Below are positions 32,101 to 52,904 of a stretch of DNA of 64,000 bases, piece by piece. The stretch's first letter is position 1, and every line of letters starts with the position of its first letter. The DNA is from the human T2T-CHM13v2.0 reference genome, Homo sapiens: the NCBI RefSeq assembly GCF_009914755.1, contig NC_060928.1; one strand, 5' to 3'. A program made the position numbers and the translations under genes. The notes below the pieces were generated by a model that saw only the letters and a list, made by a program, of their open reading frames with translations, ran no database searches and had not been told where the DNA came from.

Positions 32101-33245
32101 TCCTTTTTTCCTCTCAGTTGCCTACACTTGGTTTTAATAAATTACTCAGTTGAGTTTTTCTTTAACCACAGAAACCCAAATCATATTGCCCTTTCAGATT
32201 TAGTCTTCATGGGGTTGGATTATGTCTTATATTTTCTCTGTCAGAGTTATTTCATATATGGATTTTACTTGAAGGAAATTTACAGTTTACTCTAAATTGA
32301 TTTGTTCTTGGAACTTTTTTACCTGCTGTGAATTGATACCTAGTTATAAAAAGCTAGCATTTGCCTAGATCATAACTATGTATGGTATCTAGTTAGAAAA
32401 AAACAAGCAAAAAGCTATTATGAGTTTCCAAGAGGGACAATTAATGCATTTTCATACCAAATGCGAATATTTAGGTGATCACGTGCATCTTTTCTTGTAT
32501 GGATGGAAAAATCAAGAATTGTACACTGTTTAATGAGTTCTCCATATTCCTTTAGGAGATATTTGCTTTGCAATTACATGTTACAATTAGAATAATTACA
32601 ATTAAAATAATATTACATGTTACAATTAGATTAATAGTGATGAGAGGGAAAAAAGACACCCTTCTGTTTTTTTCTCTCAAGCCAGTCTAAAAACTTGAAG
32701 AGCCATTTAAAATTAAATGTCACTATACTTGTATTATAAATCAATACATAAGTTTAAACCTGTTATATACTCAGTGCAACAGAAAAACCCATATGGAGGT
32801 TCAACCACTGATGTATTTTGAATGATCCTAAATATAAGTCTTGGGTGGCTAAATGGCCCTCTGCTTACCAGTCTGAAAATGAAACCGATTATACTCATCG
32901 GCCTTATTTACTGTAATACAAACTGGTTAAAACTATGTTAACTGAATGCTAGTTTGAAACAAATTATCTACATTAAGTCATCTTAATGTTTTCTCTTTAA
33001 AAGAAATAAAAAAATCTGTTTCTTCTGATTTCGAAAGTAATAGAAACTCTGCTGTAGAACATAAACTAAAAATATTAAAAAGTATAAAGGTAAAAAATGA
33101 TAGTTGTCTGCAATCCCATAATCCGGAAATATTGAAGTACTGTCCGTAACATGGTTATGACATGTTAAGTGGAAGGGTAGAAGGTCTTTTTTTTTTTAAG
33201 GAGAAAATGTTTCTTTTAAATAAATGTTTCTTATGTAAAAATGTT
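29118..33245 (+). other. SLAIN2: SLAIN2 long 3'UTR (3' end inferred)
   Basis: ~4.1 kb of AT-rich sequence with no recognisable TEs after the stop; AATAAA at 31592, 32022, 32136, 33005 and 33219; repeats resume at ~33400. Confidence 0.7.
33219..33224 (+). terminator. Candidate distal polyadenylation signal
   Basis: AATAAA followed by U/GU-rich sequence, at the end of the TE-free block. Confidence 0.55.
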
Positions 33246-33324
33246 GACATGAGTTTGCTTTTGCACAGAAGTATACATTAACTGCTATTGAAAGCTTGGC
33301 ATATATCTTAATTCCTGATTTTAG

Positions 33325-33696
<372 letters not shown>

Positions 33697-33726
33697 TGAC
33701 TTTTAGTTTCCTAAAGAGAAAAACTT

Positions 33727-33857
33727 TCTTTTTTTTTTTATGAGATGGGGTCTCACTATTTTGCCCAGGATGGTCTCGAACTCCTGGGCTCATGCGATTC
33801 TCCCGCCTCAGCCTCCCAAAGTGCTGGGATTACAGACATGAGCCACCACGCCTAGCC
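33727..33857 (-). mobile_element. FLAM / Alu left monomer
   Basis: T-tract, GAGATGGGGTCTCACTAT...GAGCCACCACGCCTAGCC. Confidence 0.85.
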
Positions 33858-35032
33858 TCTATACATATTGAAATTTGAGAAATATATAATAAATTATAAA
33901 GAAGAAAAAGTACCTAATTCAATAGGTAGTCAGCCACTTAAATTTGAAGATAATGTCTTTGTTTCTTTTTCCTTCTAAAATTGTAATCATATGCTTGACA
34001 GTAACTTTTTCTGAAGTCTGAATTCATGACTACCATGATGTAGATGGATTCTGCTGCTACAAAAAAAAGCCATTTAGTTCTGGAAAGAGTTTATAAATAT
34101 TCTAAAACTTTGCCAAACTATATTATTGTAGTCCTTCGTATCGTATCCTTTGTTGATACTTGAATGCCCCCCACCACCACCCCTGCCTCCCATCTACCAT
34201 GAATTGACAGTATTGATTGAGTACAATGCCAGTTTTAAACCACCTTTAAAGAAATAACAGGCACAACCAAATAGGCTAGTCTTCAGTAGAGTTATTAAAC
34301 TTGATCACCGGAAGGGCTATTAAAACAGATTTCTGCACTGTACTCCCGAGAATTTCCAAGTCCAAAAATTCTAGGAGTAGGGTTCCCAGGACAGGTCAGG
34401 TGCACATTACTGGACTAATTGACTGTGACTAGAGGATTGGCGTTGAGGTAGAACACTAGCTATGGTTTTCTACTGTGAAAACCATATGGATGGAATGGGG
34501 AAAGACCATTTTCCCTGAAGGTGATGCTGTCCCAAGAAAGTAGGCCAGGTCTTGAGCAAACAATACAGTAGGTACACATCACAAATGTCTCAGTGCATAT
34601 TATATAAAATGATTATACCATGTCAGTGGTCACTGACCTGGAGGAAACATTTGTAGTAAGAAGAGAAGTTTCTGGTAGTATTTGAGCTCCTGGCTCAATA
34701 CAGGAGGCCCTGTATTACTCCTGTCCATGGATTCCACTAGGCATCTTGGTATGCTTATTAAAAGTTCCCCTTCGTACATAGGCCAGTTTAAGCTAAGGTT
34801 CTATCATTTGCAAACAGCAGGAAGAGATGATTTTTCAAATGTTTTAAAAATTGATAAATTATGTACAGAAGTTTGTACAACTCAAATGTTCAGCTCAAAG
34901 AATTATCACTAAATTACTACATGTGTAATCACCATGTAGACAAGAAATAGAATGTTCACCGCACCCCAAAAACTCTCCTAGTGTCATCTGACAATCTGCT
35001 TCCTTCCTCTTCTACAAAGATAACAGTTACTG

Positions 35033-35159
35033 ACTGGGTGGGGTGACTCACACCTGTAATTCCAGCACTTACGGGAGGCTGAGGTGGGAGGATCGCATGA
35101 GCCCAGGAGTTGGAGACCATCCTGGGCAACATAGTGAGAACCCCATCTCTCAGAAAAAA
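35033..35159 (+). mobile_element. FLAM / Alu left monomer
   Basis: GACTCACACCTGTAATTCCAGCAC...CCCATCTCTCAGAAAAAA. Confidence 0.85.
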
Positions 35160-35190
35160 GACAACAGCTATTCTGACTTCTAACATTGTA

Positions 35191-36245
35191 CAGCATCGGT
35201 GCATTATATAACATCTCAGTCAACATGGTCTGCCTATAGGTCAATACTCCAGTAAAATTATAATGAGACTGAAATATTTCCATCGCCTAGTGACATAGCC
35301 CAACGCATTTACTCACGTGTTTGTGGTGATGCTGATATAAACAAGCCTGCTGCGCTGCTAGTCATAGAAGTATAGCGCATAATACTTGATAATAAACAAC
35401 TTTGAAACTGGTTTACATATTTACCATACTTTATTGTTATTTTAGAATGCACTCCTACTTATTTTTAAGTGAACTGTAAAACAGCATCAGGCAGATCCTT
35501 CATGAGATATTCTAGAAAACATTGTTATGATAGGAGATGACTGCTCCATGCATTTTATTACCCCTGAAGACCTTCCAGTGGGACACATGTGGAAGTGGAA
35601 GACAGTGATATTGATGATTTTGACTCTGTGCAGGCCTAAGCTAATGTGTGTGTTCATGTCTTAGTTTTCAACAAAAATTTTTTTAAGGAAAAATGTTTAT
35701 AGAATGAGATATAAAGAAAATAATTTTGAGCAGCTGTACAATGTATTTTAAGCTAAGTATTGTGAAAGAGTCAAAAAGTGAAAACTGTAAGTAATAAGGT
35801 AAAAACCTTGCAGTAAGCTAAGGTTAATTATTGAAAAAAATTTATAAATCTAGTGTAGCCTAAGTACAGTGTTTAAAAGTATAGTAATGTTCTAGGCCTT
35901 GACATTCACTCACCGACCCACCTCAAGCAACTTGCAGTTCTGCAAGCTCTGTACATGTTAAGTGCCCTTTACAGGTATCTCATCTTTTATCTTTTATACG
36001 GTATTTTCACTGTAGCTTTTCTGTGTTTAGATATGCAAATACTTACCATTGTGCTACACTCACCTACAATATTTAGTGCAGCAACATGCTGTACAGGTTT
36101 GTAGCCTAGGGCTATATCATATTGCCTGGGTGTGTAGTGGGCAGTCATCTAGGTTTGTGTAAGTACACTCTGATGTTCCCACAAGGGTGAACTCACCTAA
36201 CAAGGCATTTCTCAGAATGTATCTGTGTCAAGCGACACATGACTG
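35191..36245 (-). mobile_element. Tigger3b-like DNA transposon
   Basis: TA|CAGCATC... and ...AAGCGACACATGACTG|TA; internal homology to the copy at 15059-16512. Confidence 0.85.
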
Positions 36246-36569
36246 TAATTTAGTTTTGCCTACTTTTGAACTTTAAGTAGAACCATACAATTTGTATTTT
36301 TTCTTCTTTGAAGGGTAATTTTTTCTTTGAAAGCTGAAAATGATTTTCTCTTAGTCACTAAACAGAAATAATGTGAGATTCACCCATGTCGCTGATGTCA
36401 TTGTAATTTTAATTTGTTCATTTTCATTGCTGCTGTTACATGCCATTGTACAAATATATCACAGTTTGTCCATTCTAATGTCAAGGACAGTTGTGGTGTT
36501 TCCAGTTTGGAGCTCTTAAGAGTAATGCAGTTTTGGATTTCAGTATAGTCAAAATGGCATAAGCCCATT

Positions 36570-37925
36570 GAAGCCTCTCTCACTGACTAAAAATTCTGTA
36601 CAAAATGTAAAAGACAACTGAGAACACTGGGGGTGGGGGTGGGGTGGGGGGTAGCAGCAGGATTGAAGACGGAGTCAGACCTGGAGAAAAGACCCATACA
36701 AGGGTGAACTTCTCATTTCTCCCCTCTTTCTTGACCCTGAGCCAAGGGAGGGCACCCAGAAGAGCTGTCACAGAGGCCCTTCTGGCAGATAAACTTTGAG
36801 GAAAAACCCAAAAGATGAGAAAAAGGAGTTCCTGGAAGCTAGAGAATGTCAGGGGAAATCCCCAGGTATTTATGTTTTCTCTCATGGCTTGTCTTGGGTA
36901 AGCCCTCAGGTAAGCTGTGCTAGCAAGTGGTGCCAACAGTTAAAATTGATGGAAGCACTCTCTCTGGGCAGAGGAAATGGGAAAAGAGCCTTTGCAGTCT
37001 TGAAGACTGGAGGTCATCTGCATTTTTCTCTATTTACTCTCTCTGTTCTGAGGGTGGCCTGAGTTGTGGGAACTGCATAGTAATAGTGGTGGAACTAAAA
37101 TTCCAAGCAAAACCCTTGTTTCTGGCCAGAGGACAGGGGAATGGGCTGTCTTAGGGCATGATGGGGGGAACCAGAGAGAACAAAGCAGAAGGAATCCCTT
37201 TATTCTATGTGTTAATTAGTACAAGCTCTAAGCTTACATACTCAGGACAGACCCAAAGCAGCACACTAGAGGCTTTAGGAACTAAAGTACAATTTAAACC
37301 ACTGGCCAAGACACAGATTACTGAGCAGTACATGATAAGCTTGATCCAATATAATATAACCCTTTTTGAAAGCAACTGGGAATCACAGCCACAGAAGACA
37401 GCAGAAAACTTTCAGTATGAACCTATCTGGGTTTATTGTTAAACAAAAATCAGCATTCTCCAGAATATTTTAACAAGACCTAGAGTCTAAATTATAATAT
37501 TCAGAATGTGCAGCATTTAATCTAAAATTACCTGGCATACAAAGAACCAGGAAAATGTAATACATTCTCAAGAAAAAAGACAGATGTCAACACCAATATG
37601 ATCCGGATGTTGGACTTACAAAGTTTAAGGCAGCTGTTATGAAATAAGCACTCTTATGAATGGAAAGATAGAAGTCCTCAGGAGAGTAGAAAAAATAAGT
37701 TTAAGAACCAAATAGGAATTTTAGAACTGAAAAAATATGTAAAAGTATTTCAATTTGATGGATTCAACAGCTGACTGAAGATGGCAGAAGAGTCAATGAA
37801 GTTGAAGAGAGCAATACAATTTACTCAATCTGGAGAACAGAGACAAAAAACTGAAAAAATGAGCAGAGCCTCAGGAACCTGACAACAATATTGAAGGTCT
37901 AACAGTTGTGTTATTGGAATCCAAT
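36570..37925 (+). mobile_element. Ancient L1M 5'/ORF1-like fragment
   Basis: A-rich ORF1-like sequence (AGAGTCAATGAAGTTGAAGAGAGC...GAGCAGAGCCTCAGGAACCTG). Confidence 0.55.
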
Positions 37926-38249
37926 GGTAAATTGGCTCTCAAAAGGTTCTTATTTGTATTGTTTTCCAATGTCCAAGTGCATCCATTTGGGTATTCTCTG
38001 TTGTGAAGTCTCTTTCAAATCATTTGTCTGATTTTATATTGAGGTGTCTCTTTCTCTTACTAATTTATAGGAGTTCTGTAGGTATTGTGGAGAGAGTTTT
38101 TAGTAAAGTTGTTTGTAACCCTTTTTAATGAATGCAGGATCTGAAGTGACAACCCCTTAATTCCATGTGTTAGTATTTGGATCTCTCTCTCTCTATCACC
38201 TTCCCTCCCTCACTCTTTCCCCTCCATACCTCTTCTCTTACCAGTTCCA

Positions 38250-39292
38250 CCAGGGGTTTCTTAAGTTTAGTGTTGTAGCTATTTGTTGTGTCCCAGGATC
38301 CAGTCCTTGGTCCACCTCTCTGTCTACACTCTTGCAGTGTTTCATGGCTGAGAAACCATTTGTTATATGTCTGGAGACTCCAGACTCACATACCAAACTG
38401 CCTCCTCAGTGTCTTCATTTGAATATTAAACAGGCAGCTCAGAGTGTACCTGTGCAAAGCCGCAATTCTGATCTTGCAAACCTGTTTCATTCATCTCAGC
38501 TAATAGCAATTTTGGAGTCATTCTTGGTATCTTTTCTCCCTCACTCACTCTTTTGCTCTCTCTCTCCATACACACCTAACCAATCTGTAAATAAATCTCA
38601 TTGATTCTACCTTCAAAATATATCCAGACTCTAACCACTTCCTTGCCTCAACCCTCACTCCCACACAGCCACAAGTGATCCTTTTAAAATGTAATTCAGT
38701 CATGTCAAACCTCATCTCAAATCCTCCAGGGGCTCACCAAGTATTTATTGTAAAAGCCAAAATGTCTATTGCTCCCCCCGACTTATTTCTCTGGCATTAT
38801 CTCCTCCCTCACTCCACTCCATTTCAACTTCCCTGGCTCCTGGCTCCTGGCCTCAGGCACATTCCCACCAGAGACCCAAGAAAACACTGCCTGTTTCCTC
38901 TGCTGAGACGCTCTTTGCCCCAGATGCCATATGTCGAATCCCTTACCTGCTTCAAGTCTGCTCATGTGTCACCTCCTCAGTGAAAATTTTGACTCAGCCC
39001 CTCCCCCAGCTTCTAATCTTATTTTTTTTTAACCAAACTCTTCCTCTTTTCCATAGCACTTATCACCTCCAAGCATCCCATATAATTAACTCATTATTAT
39101 GCCAGCTTTCTCTTCTCCCTCCACTCGTGTGCATGCCCTTGCATGTGGGCACACACACCCACACACACCCGCATGCATGTATACCATATATGGTTCATGG
39201 AGGCAGAGATCATTTTTGTTTATCAACTCTTGGCAAATACCTAGACCAGTGCCTGGCACATGGTAGGCACACAAATATTTACTGAATGAAAG
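38250..39292 (+). mobile_element. L2 (L2a-like) 3' portion
   Basis: TTCTACCTTCAAAATATATCCAG ... CAGTGCCTGGCACATGGTAGGCACACAAATATTTACTGAATGAA. Confidence 0.8.
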
Positions 39293-39355
39293 CATTGCTG
39301 ATGGGAGTCTCTTTAGAGAGCAATTTGAAACACAACAAAATTTAAAACATACCTT

Positions 39356-40853
39356 TGGCCTGGCTACGGTGGCTCACACCTATAATCCCAAGTTTGAGAG
39401 GCCACGGCTGGAGGATTGCTTGAGACCAGAAGTTTTTTGAGACCAACTTAGGCAACATAGTAGACCCCATCTCTACAAAAAAATAAATTTAAAAAATGTA
39501 CATTTGGACCCATTGATTCCACTTCTAATTATCTTATAGGTGTACCTGTCTATGTGCTTGTGTAGATAAGAATACAAGAATATGTATATAGTAGTATTTG
39601 TGGACAAACAAGGCTGGACTTAAATGTCCCTCAATAGGAAACTGGTTAAATTATGAAACATTCACTGAAATATTAGGCACCTATTACCAAGATCAAGATA
39701 TAATAGCTCTATGTGTAATGATATGGAAAGACACCCACGATGCATCATGAAAAGTAAAAACAAGGTGTCAAAATGCCATTTGGAATAAAAAGGTTTGTGT
39801 GTCATATTTGCTCTGTTAACAATGACTGCTTCTGAAGGGATACAAAAGAAACAGGTAACTGGTTACCTGTGAAGACGGGAGTGGGAGACACAGCTAACAG
39901 TGGTAAGGAGATAAGGAACCAGCATTTTACCTGAGTATTTTAATTCTTTTTTCTTTTTTTTTTTTTTTTTTTTAAGAGACGGGGTCTGTTGGCCAGGCTG
40001 GAGTGCAGCGTGATCATAGCTCACTACAGCCTTGAACTCCTGGGCTCAAGCGATCCTCCCACGTCAGTCAGCCTCCTGAGTAGCTGGGACTAGGGGCGCA
40101 CACCCACCCCACCTATCCCTGTTTGAATTCTTTATCATGTCCATATGTATACCCACTGCTTTTTCAAACAGTAAAAGAGAAATATAACCGCTGTTTTCCT
40201 TGCTCCCCTCAAAAAACTTGTTTTACTTAATGAAATGAGTTCAATCTAGTCTGTGAATGCACTCTTCATTGTTTCAGCCTTCTCCATTCATGGCATCATG
40301 AGTTTTGTATTTGCACCACGAGAAGCATTTTCATGAATTTTACTCTAATATTATGCATTTGGCTTTATCAAGGGTTTATGAAGAACAAAAGCTGCTTCTG
40401 CCTCTGGTGTAAAATTATCAAGAGCATTGTTCCTTATGTGACTCAATATCCCCTATATAAAGGCCCATGTGAGAATTTTTTTCTAGAATGCAGTATCTGG
40501 AAAAATCATTGTCTCTTTTGAGGAACTGGGGCTCTCCTTCAATACAAGACCTATGTGATTTATCATGTTTGCATTTTTGTCCCTGTTGCCCGAAAGTTTA
40601 GATCCATATATGACGCTCAATTGCAGCAACTGAATTTATTTTTTTTTTAAGCCGGTTTTGTCCCCAAAAGGATTTAAGGTGGTTTATAGAAATATGAGAT
40701 GAAGGTGTGGTTTTTTGAGTCTCGTTCTGTCACCCAGGCTGGTGTGCAGTGGCACGATCACAACTCCCTGTAACCTTGGACTTCTGGGCTCACAATCCTC
40801 CCACTTCAATCTCCCCAGTTGCAGAATTACAGGCATGAGCCACTGCACCTGGC
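39356..40853. mobile_element. Three Alu monomers or fragments (39356-39497 +, 39947-40115 -, 40709-40853 -)
   Basis: Recognisable FLAM/FRAM motifs. Confidence 0.8.
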
Positions 40854-40892
40854 AAAGGTGTCTTGTTTGTTTATATATTTGTTTATATAATT

Positions 40893-42023
40893 TCAACTTT
40901 TATTTTAGATTCAGAGGGTACATGTGCAGATTTTTTACATGAGAGTCTTGCATAATGCTGGAATTTGGGGTTCTATTTAACCCATCACCCAAACAGCGAA
41001 CATAGTATCCAGTAGGTAGTTTTTCAGCCTCTCCCCTTTTGGAATCCCCAATGTCTACTGTTCCCATCTTTTTATCCATATGTACCCATTGTTTAGCTCC
41101 CACTTATATATGAGGACATGCGGTATTTTCTGTTTCTGAGTTAATTCACTTAGGATGATGGCCTCCAGCTGTGTCCATGTGACTGCAAAGGACATGATTT
41201 TTATTCTTTTTTATGGCTGTGTAGTATTCTGTGGTGTGTGTGTATCACATTTGCTTTATCCAGTCATTTGTTGATGGACACTTAGGTTGATTTCATTTAT
41301 ATAATTTATATATTTTAATAATATAAATATATTAAATATATAAATGCTATTGTGAATAGTGCTGCGATGAACATACAAGTGCATGTATCTTTTTGATAGA
41401 ACGATTTCTTTTGAGTAAACACCCAGTAGTGGGATTGCCAGATTGAATCAAACTATAAAAATCCTAGAAAACCTGGGAAAAACTCTTCTGGACATTGGCT
41501 TAGGCAAAGAATTTATGACTGAGATCTCAAAAGCAAATGCAACAAAAACAAAAATTGACAAATATGACTTAAAGAGCTTCTGCACAGCAACAGAAACTAT
41601 CAAAAGAGTAAACAGATAATCTACAGAATGGGAGAAAATATTTGCAAACTAGGCATCTGACAAAGGACAAGTATCCAGAATCTATAAGGAGCTTAAACAA
41701 AATCAACAAGAAAAAAAACCAACCCCATTAAAAAGTGGGCTAAGGAAATGAACAGACACTTCTCAAAAGAATACATACAAGTGGCCAATGAGCATGAAAA
41801 AATACTCAACATTACTAATCATTAGGGAAATGCAAATCAAAACCACAGTGAGATACCATCTCACACCAGTCAGAATGGCTATTATTAAAAAGTCAAAAAA
41901 TAACAGATGCTGGCGAAGTTGCCGAAAAAGAGAATGCTTATACACTGTTGGTGGGAATGCAAATTAGTTCAACTTCTTTGGAAAACAGTATGGAGATTTG
42001 TCAAAGAATTAAAAATAGAACTA
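40893..42023 (-). mobile_element. L1PB-like 3' fragment with twin-priming inversion (- strand 40893-41448; + strand 41449-42023)
   Basis: The - part ends at ...GGGATTGCCAGATTGAAT and the + part ends at ...AATAGAACTA, positions adjacent in the L1 consensus. Confidence 0.8.
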
Positions 42024-43554
42024 AATTAAAAATAGAATTAAATTTATATTTACATTTTTAATATACATATCAGATTTTTCCACCTATTTTCATTCTCAGC
42101 AAGCTAGCAAGGCTTCTGTAGGTTTAACTTATTTTGCACAGCCCTATGCTATGGACTGAGAACAAAACCACTCCTAATCATGTAATTTTATAATCGAGTT
42201 AAAATATTAGCTTTATAGGAAATAAAGGAGATTATGACTACTAAGTAAATGTAAGCAAAATCTGTTAGTCTTTTACAAAAAGTGTTTCTATAAGAGTTTC
42301 TTTATCTTCATTACTTGTAAATGACATGAAAAACACTTTTAATTACAACACTCAAGTTTCTGTGGTAGACACTTTTTTTCCCACACTTCTAGAAAGTTGA
42401 AGGGGAAAAAAATCTATATTTGAGAATTGGAAATTTGGCCAGCAGCTACTTAAGATATGTACATTTCAAACATCTTTTAGACAAAAGGTGGTATCTACTT
42501 ATTTTTTTTGTAAGATGCCACCAAACCAGACATAAATATCTAGAAAGAGTTCTTTTAATGCTAACTTTTAAATCCAAGATGTTTCCACCATAATCTGAAA
42601 CACAACCAATTTTCATTGAGGCCTAGGTTTTCTTCTCACGAAACCTCAAAAGGAGATCTGTGAATCTCCAGAAGAAGATAAATGTTACTAATATTTGAGA
42701 GAGAAGAACATGATTTTGAAATGTCTAAATCTCAGAATCAGAAAAGAATGATAAATATGTATTCATCTGACAATTATCATTTAGCATCTTCTATGTGTCA
42801 GTACCTGTGCTATGTGCAATTTTCATAAAATAAGGAACACTTACATTATTAAGTTCACATCCTAATTTATTTTCCCCAAACATTCTCACGTTTCACTAAG
42901 AAATTGATAGTGATTAAGCCTACCACATTATCAAGAAGCAACACTAGATACACTCTCCTTGACCTGGAAGAAATAAGCCAGTCTTCAGATATATTTTATA
43001 CAAGGGGATAACTTCTTAGTGTAACAGCACCAAAACCGAAACTGACATTCATACCCATGAGCCTTTACAATAGAGCTTCTCTGGAAATTGACTGAGATGG
43101 CATCCTTGGTCATAGACATGTGAAGTAATAATTTTTTACTAATTTATGCTATTGTCAATTTCATAGACTTCCTAATTAACAGGGTAAATAAATTAATCAA
43201 AAATCAATAGTATGAGTGGAAAAGCTTGATAAATTTAATAATATAGCATTTAAAAAATTATTTTAAATGTTTAGAACATTCCAAGTGGACTCAGTATTAA
43301 GTCATACAGATTTTTGAATTCCTTATAAAGGAGCAATGATTATATTGCAGGGCTGATGAACCCACCTGATAACAGAGTAAACAAAAACAAGTCACCAGGA
43401 TTGGTAGGGAAAGAAAGAATGCCTGGTTTTAATAGTTATTTTCATTTGTTGAAGCATTTTGCTCTTGTAGACTTAAGTTATTTTGGTTTTATTGTCTGAA
43501 AGACAGCAGAGCAAAGGTCTTAAAAGGGTGTGGTCAGCTGAGATGATAATGCTA

Positions 43555-43760
43555 ACAATAGCAGCAATTTGTAAAGTGCTTACCATGTGTTTGCTGGGCA
43601 TGTACATGCATCATTTCAAAACTATGAGGTAGATACTAATATTTTTCCCAATTTTAATACAGGGAAATTTTGGCTTATGTAGGGCAAACAACTTGCCCTA
43701 GCAACGCATAGCTAGCAAGTAGCAAACTCAGGATCTGACCCACAGTGAAGTTACAAAGCC
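43555..43760 (-). mobile_element. MIR
   Basis: ATGAGGTAGATACTAATATT...AACTTGCCC...GCTAGCAAGT. Confidence 0.65.
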
Positions 43761-43824
43761 CTTTCCACTACACCCACCTGCACAGTTGAAAGTTCCAAGC
43801 AGAAAACTGGTAAAATATGATAAT

Positions 43825-47740
<3,916 letters not shown>

Positions 47741-47989
47741 GAAATTCATTAACATTTAATGGTAGTTATTACAAGTTTCTAGAACTTAAAAGTCTATCAT
47801 CATTGAGATATCAGTTACCAATATAAATTTACTGACTTGAGCATAAAAATGTATGCCAGCAAGATCCATGAAATATAATAAACTGAAACAGAAAAGTGGT
47901 AAGTAGAGCGATGAAAAAAGTATTTATAATGCAGAAAATCACTGGAACAACCCAAGAGCTATCAGACCAGCCTGCTCTACAAAAATCTA

Positions 47990-48364
47990 TGGTATGGTTT
48001 GGCTGTGTCCCATGCAAATCTCATCTCTAATTGTAATCCCCATAATCCCCATGCGTCGAGGGAGGGACCTAGTAGGAGGTGATTGGATCATGGGGGCAGT
48101 TTCCCCCATGCTGTTCTCATGATAGTGAGTTCTCACGAGATCTGATGGTTTTATAAGTGGTTGACAGTTCCTCCTTCCCACGCACTTCTCCTTCTCCTGC
48201 TGCCTTGTGACGAAGTTGTCTGCTTCCCCTTTACCTTTTGCCATGATTGTAAGTTTCCTGAGGCCTCCCCAGTCATGCAGAACTGTGAGTCAATTCAACC
48301 TCTGTTTATAAATTACCCAGTCTCAGGTAGTGTCTTTATAGCAGTGTGAAAATGGACTAATACA
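47990..48364 (+). mobile_element. THE1D-like MaLR solo LTR
   Basis: TG...CA termini (TGGTATGGTTTGGCTGTGTCC ... GGACTAATACA); 5-bp TSD ATCTA (47985-89 / 48365-69). Confidence 0.92.
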
Positions 48365-48519
48365 ATCTAATACTGTAATTCTCATTTTTGAGTGAAGGTT
48401 TGAGAAAAGTATCAGACAAAAGACATAGAAAACTAGATCCTGAAGACATAATATAGGTGCAAAAATTCTAAATGGAAGTCTTCCAGCAGTGTTGTGGAAA
48501 TGATACTGTAACTGCATGG

Positions 48520-48725
48520 CGGAGTGAATAAGAAAACATCTGGGGTCAGACCTGAATTGAACCCTTGTTCCACCACTTACTAGCTGTGTGATCCTTAGCA
48601 GCCCACGTCATTAAATTTTAGAATCCCTCCTTCACCCTTGAAAAAAAGAGCTTGATGGTAAAATCTACATAATGGACTTGCTGTGTGGATTAAAAGAGCT
48701 TTACATGGTGCCCTCAATAAACATT
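48520..48725 (+). mobile_element. MIR
   Basis: GGGGTCAGACCTG...CCACCACTTACTAGCTGTGTGATCCTT. Confidence 0.75.
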
Positions 48726-48799
48726 AATTATTTTTATTAATACTAAAGAGAATATTTAGGAATAATTAATTGGTCGGTATATAATGAGTTGAAAGTAAT

Positions 48800-49235
48800 A
48801 GAAAACTTGATTTTCAGGGGGCATAAACAAGTGTGGAAGAAGTCCATATTAGGTTATTGGTGATGTTGGTTTAGTGCTCAACAATAATTTTGAGGATACA
48901 GGCTCTTCCTAATTTTCTGCCCCACCATTCTTAGCGTTTCCTTGTGGTTCATTATCGCTGCTGCGGATCCAGTCGGGACATCTTTACTCAAGGCAGGAAT
49001 ATGGGGCAGTGCCAAGCGTATGTGTTCCCTTTTGTCTGGAAAGCAAAAGCTTCCCAAGAGGCCCAGCAGATTTTTGCTTGTATCTTATTGACCAAAACTG
49101 TCACAAAGCAACTTCTAGCTGAAAGGAAGCTGGAGAAATATTTAGCTGAGTTCATTATCTTCCCAAATAAATGAATTCTGTTAGCGGTAGAAGAGGGGGA
49201 ATGGATGTTGGATTAGCAATCAACAGGGTCTGCCC
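48800..49235 (-). mobile_element. MLT1-type LTR remnant
   Basis: CTAGCTGAAAGGAAGCTGGAGAAAT...GAAGAGGGGGAATGGATGTTGG. Confidence 0.55.
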
Positions 49236-50031
49236 AAATAATGAATGAATTTACTAAATCACAGAAACTTAGCTAACTTTCAAGAACTTTTAAACATTTT
49301 TTAGTCATTTTTAATAAAAATATTTTTCGGATGCTTTCATAAAAAGAAGATGCTGATTATGATGTGAATGTTGTTAATATAGGCTCCTCAATAAAATGAA
49401 GGACTATACTCTGCGTTCAGTAGATTTATTTCTTCCCTGGCTACCAGCTGTCAATCATGCTGCCAGAAATCCAGTGTTGAAGCTATCCTTACAAATGTGC
49501 TCTTTTCTTTCTGCCAACCCAAATCAATCCAAATTATTAGAATTTCATATTAAGTAATAATAGCCAGTAAATTCATAACTGTGTTTATTTCTACATGGAT
49601 ACCTAGTTTCTTTTTGCCTGTCTTTGTGATAGTTATTTCACAGGGCTGTTTTCGCATACTTCCTGATTTTTCACTACATTCAATGGTGTGAGTAGTCAGA
49701 AATCTGATGCCCAGTTAACTCAGAAGTGAGAGTGAGAAGTGGGAGGGGGGAAGTATCGCGAACTATACTGCTCATCGAAACTAATAGATAGCCATTTTGA
49801 ATATTAATATCTATGGAGATTGAATACCTTATCTTTTAGATTCCTTAATCCTAATCAATGCACTCCAGCTCCACAGGTTTTTTTACATAAACACCTCCCA
49901 GGTCTGAGATTCCATCTCTCTCTTCAAGGGCATTTTACTATTGAATTTGTTTGCCATTTTTGTTAGTAATTGACTGTGTCTACCCTTTCTGTTGGTGATA
50001 TTGAAACCGAGATGTTTATTTCCAAAAAAAA

Positions 50032-52811
<2,780 letters not shown>

Positions 52812-52904
52812 TAGCACAACGTTGGAAAGTCAAAGTGCTATTATTTATCTAAACACTAGGGGGAGATCTTGATTTCTCTTGGAGTGTTTTATTTATTATT
52901 TTAT

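Noticed and set aside
36629-36651. G-quadruplex motif (four G-runs) as a regulatory element
   Set aside because: It can form a G4 on paper, but it lies in a decayed L1 fragment with no promoter or CpG context to suggest function.
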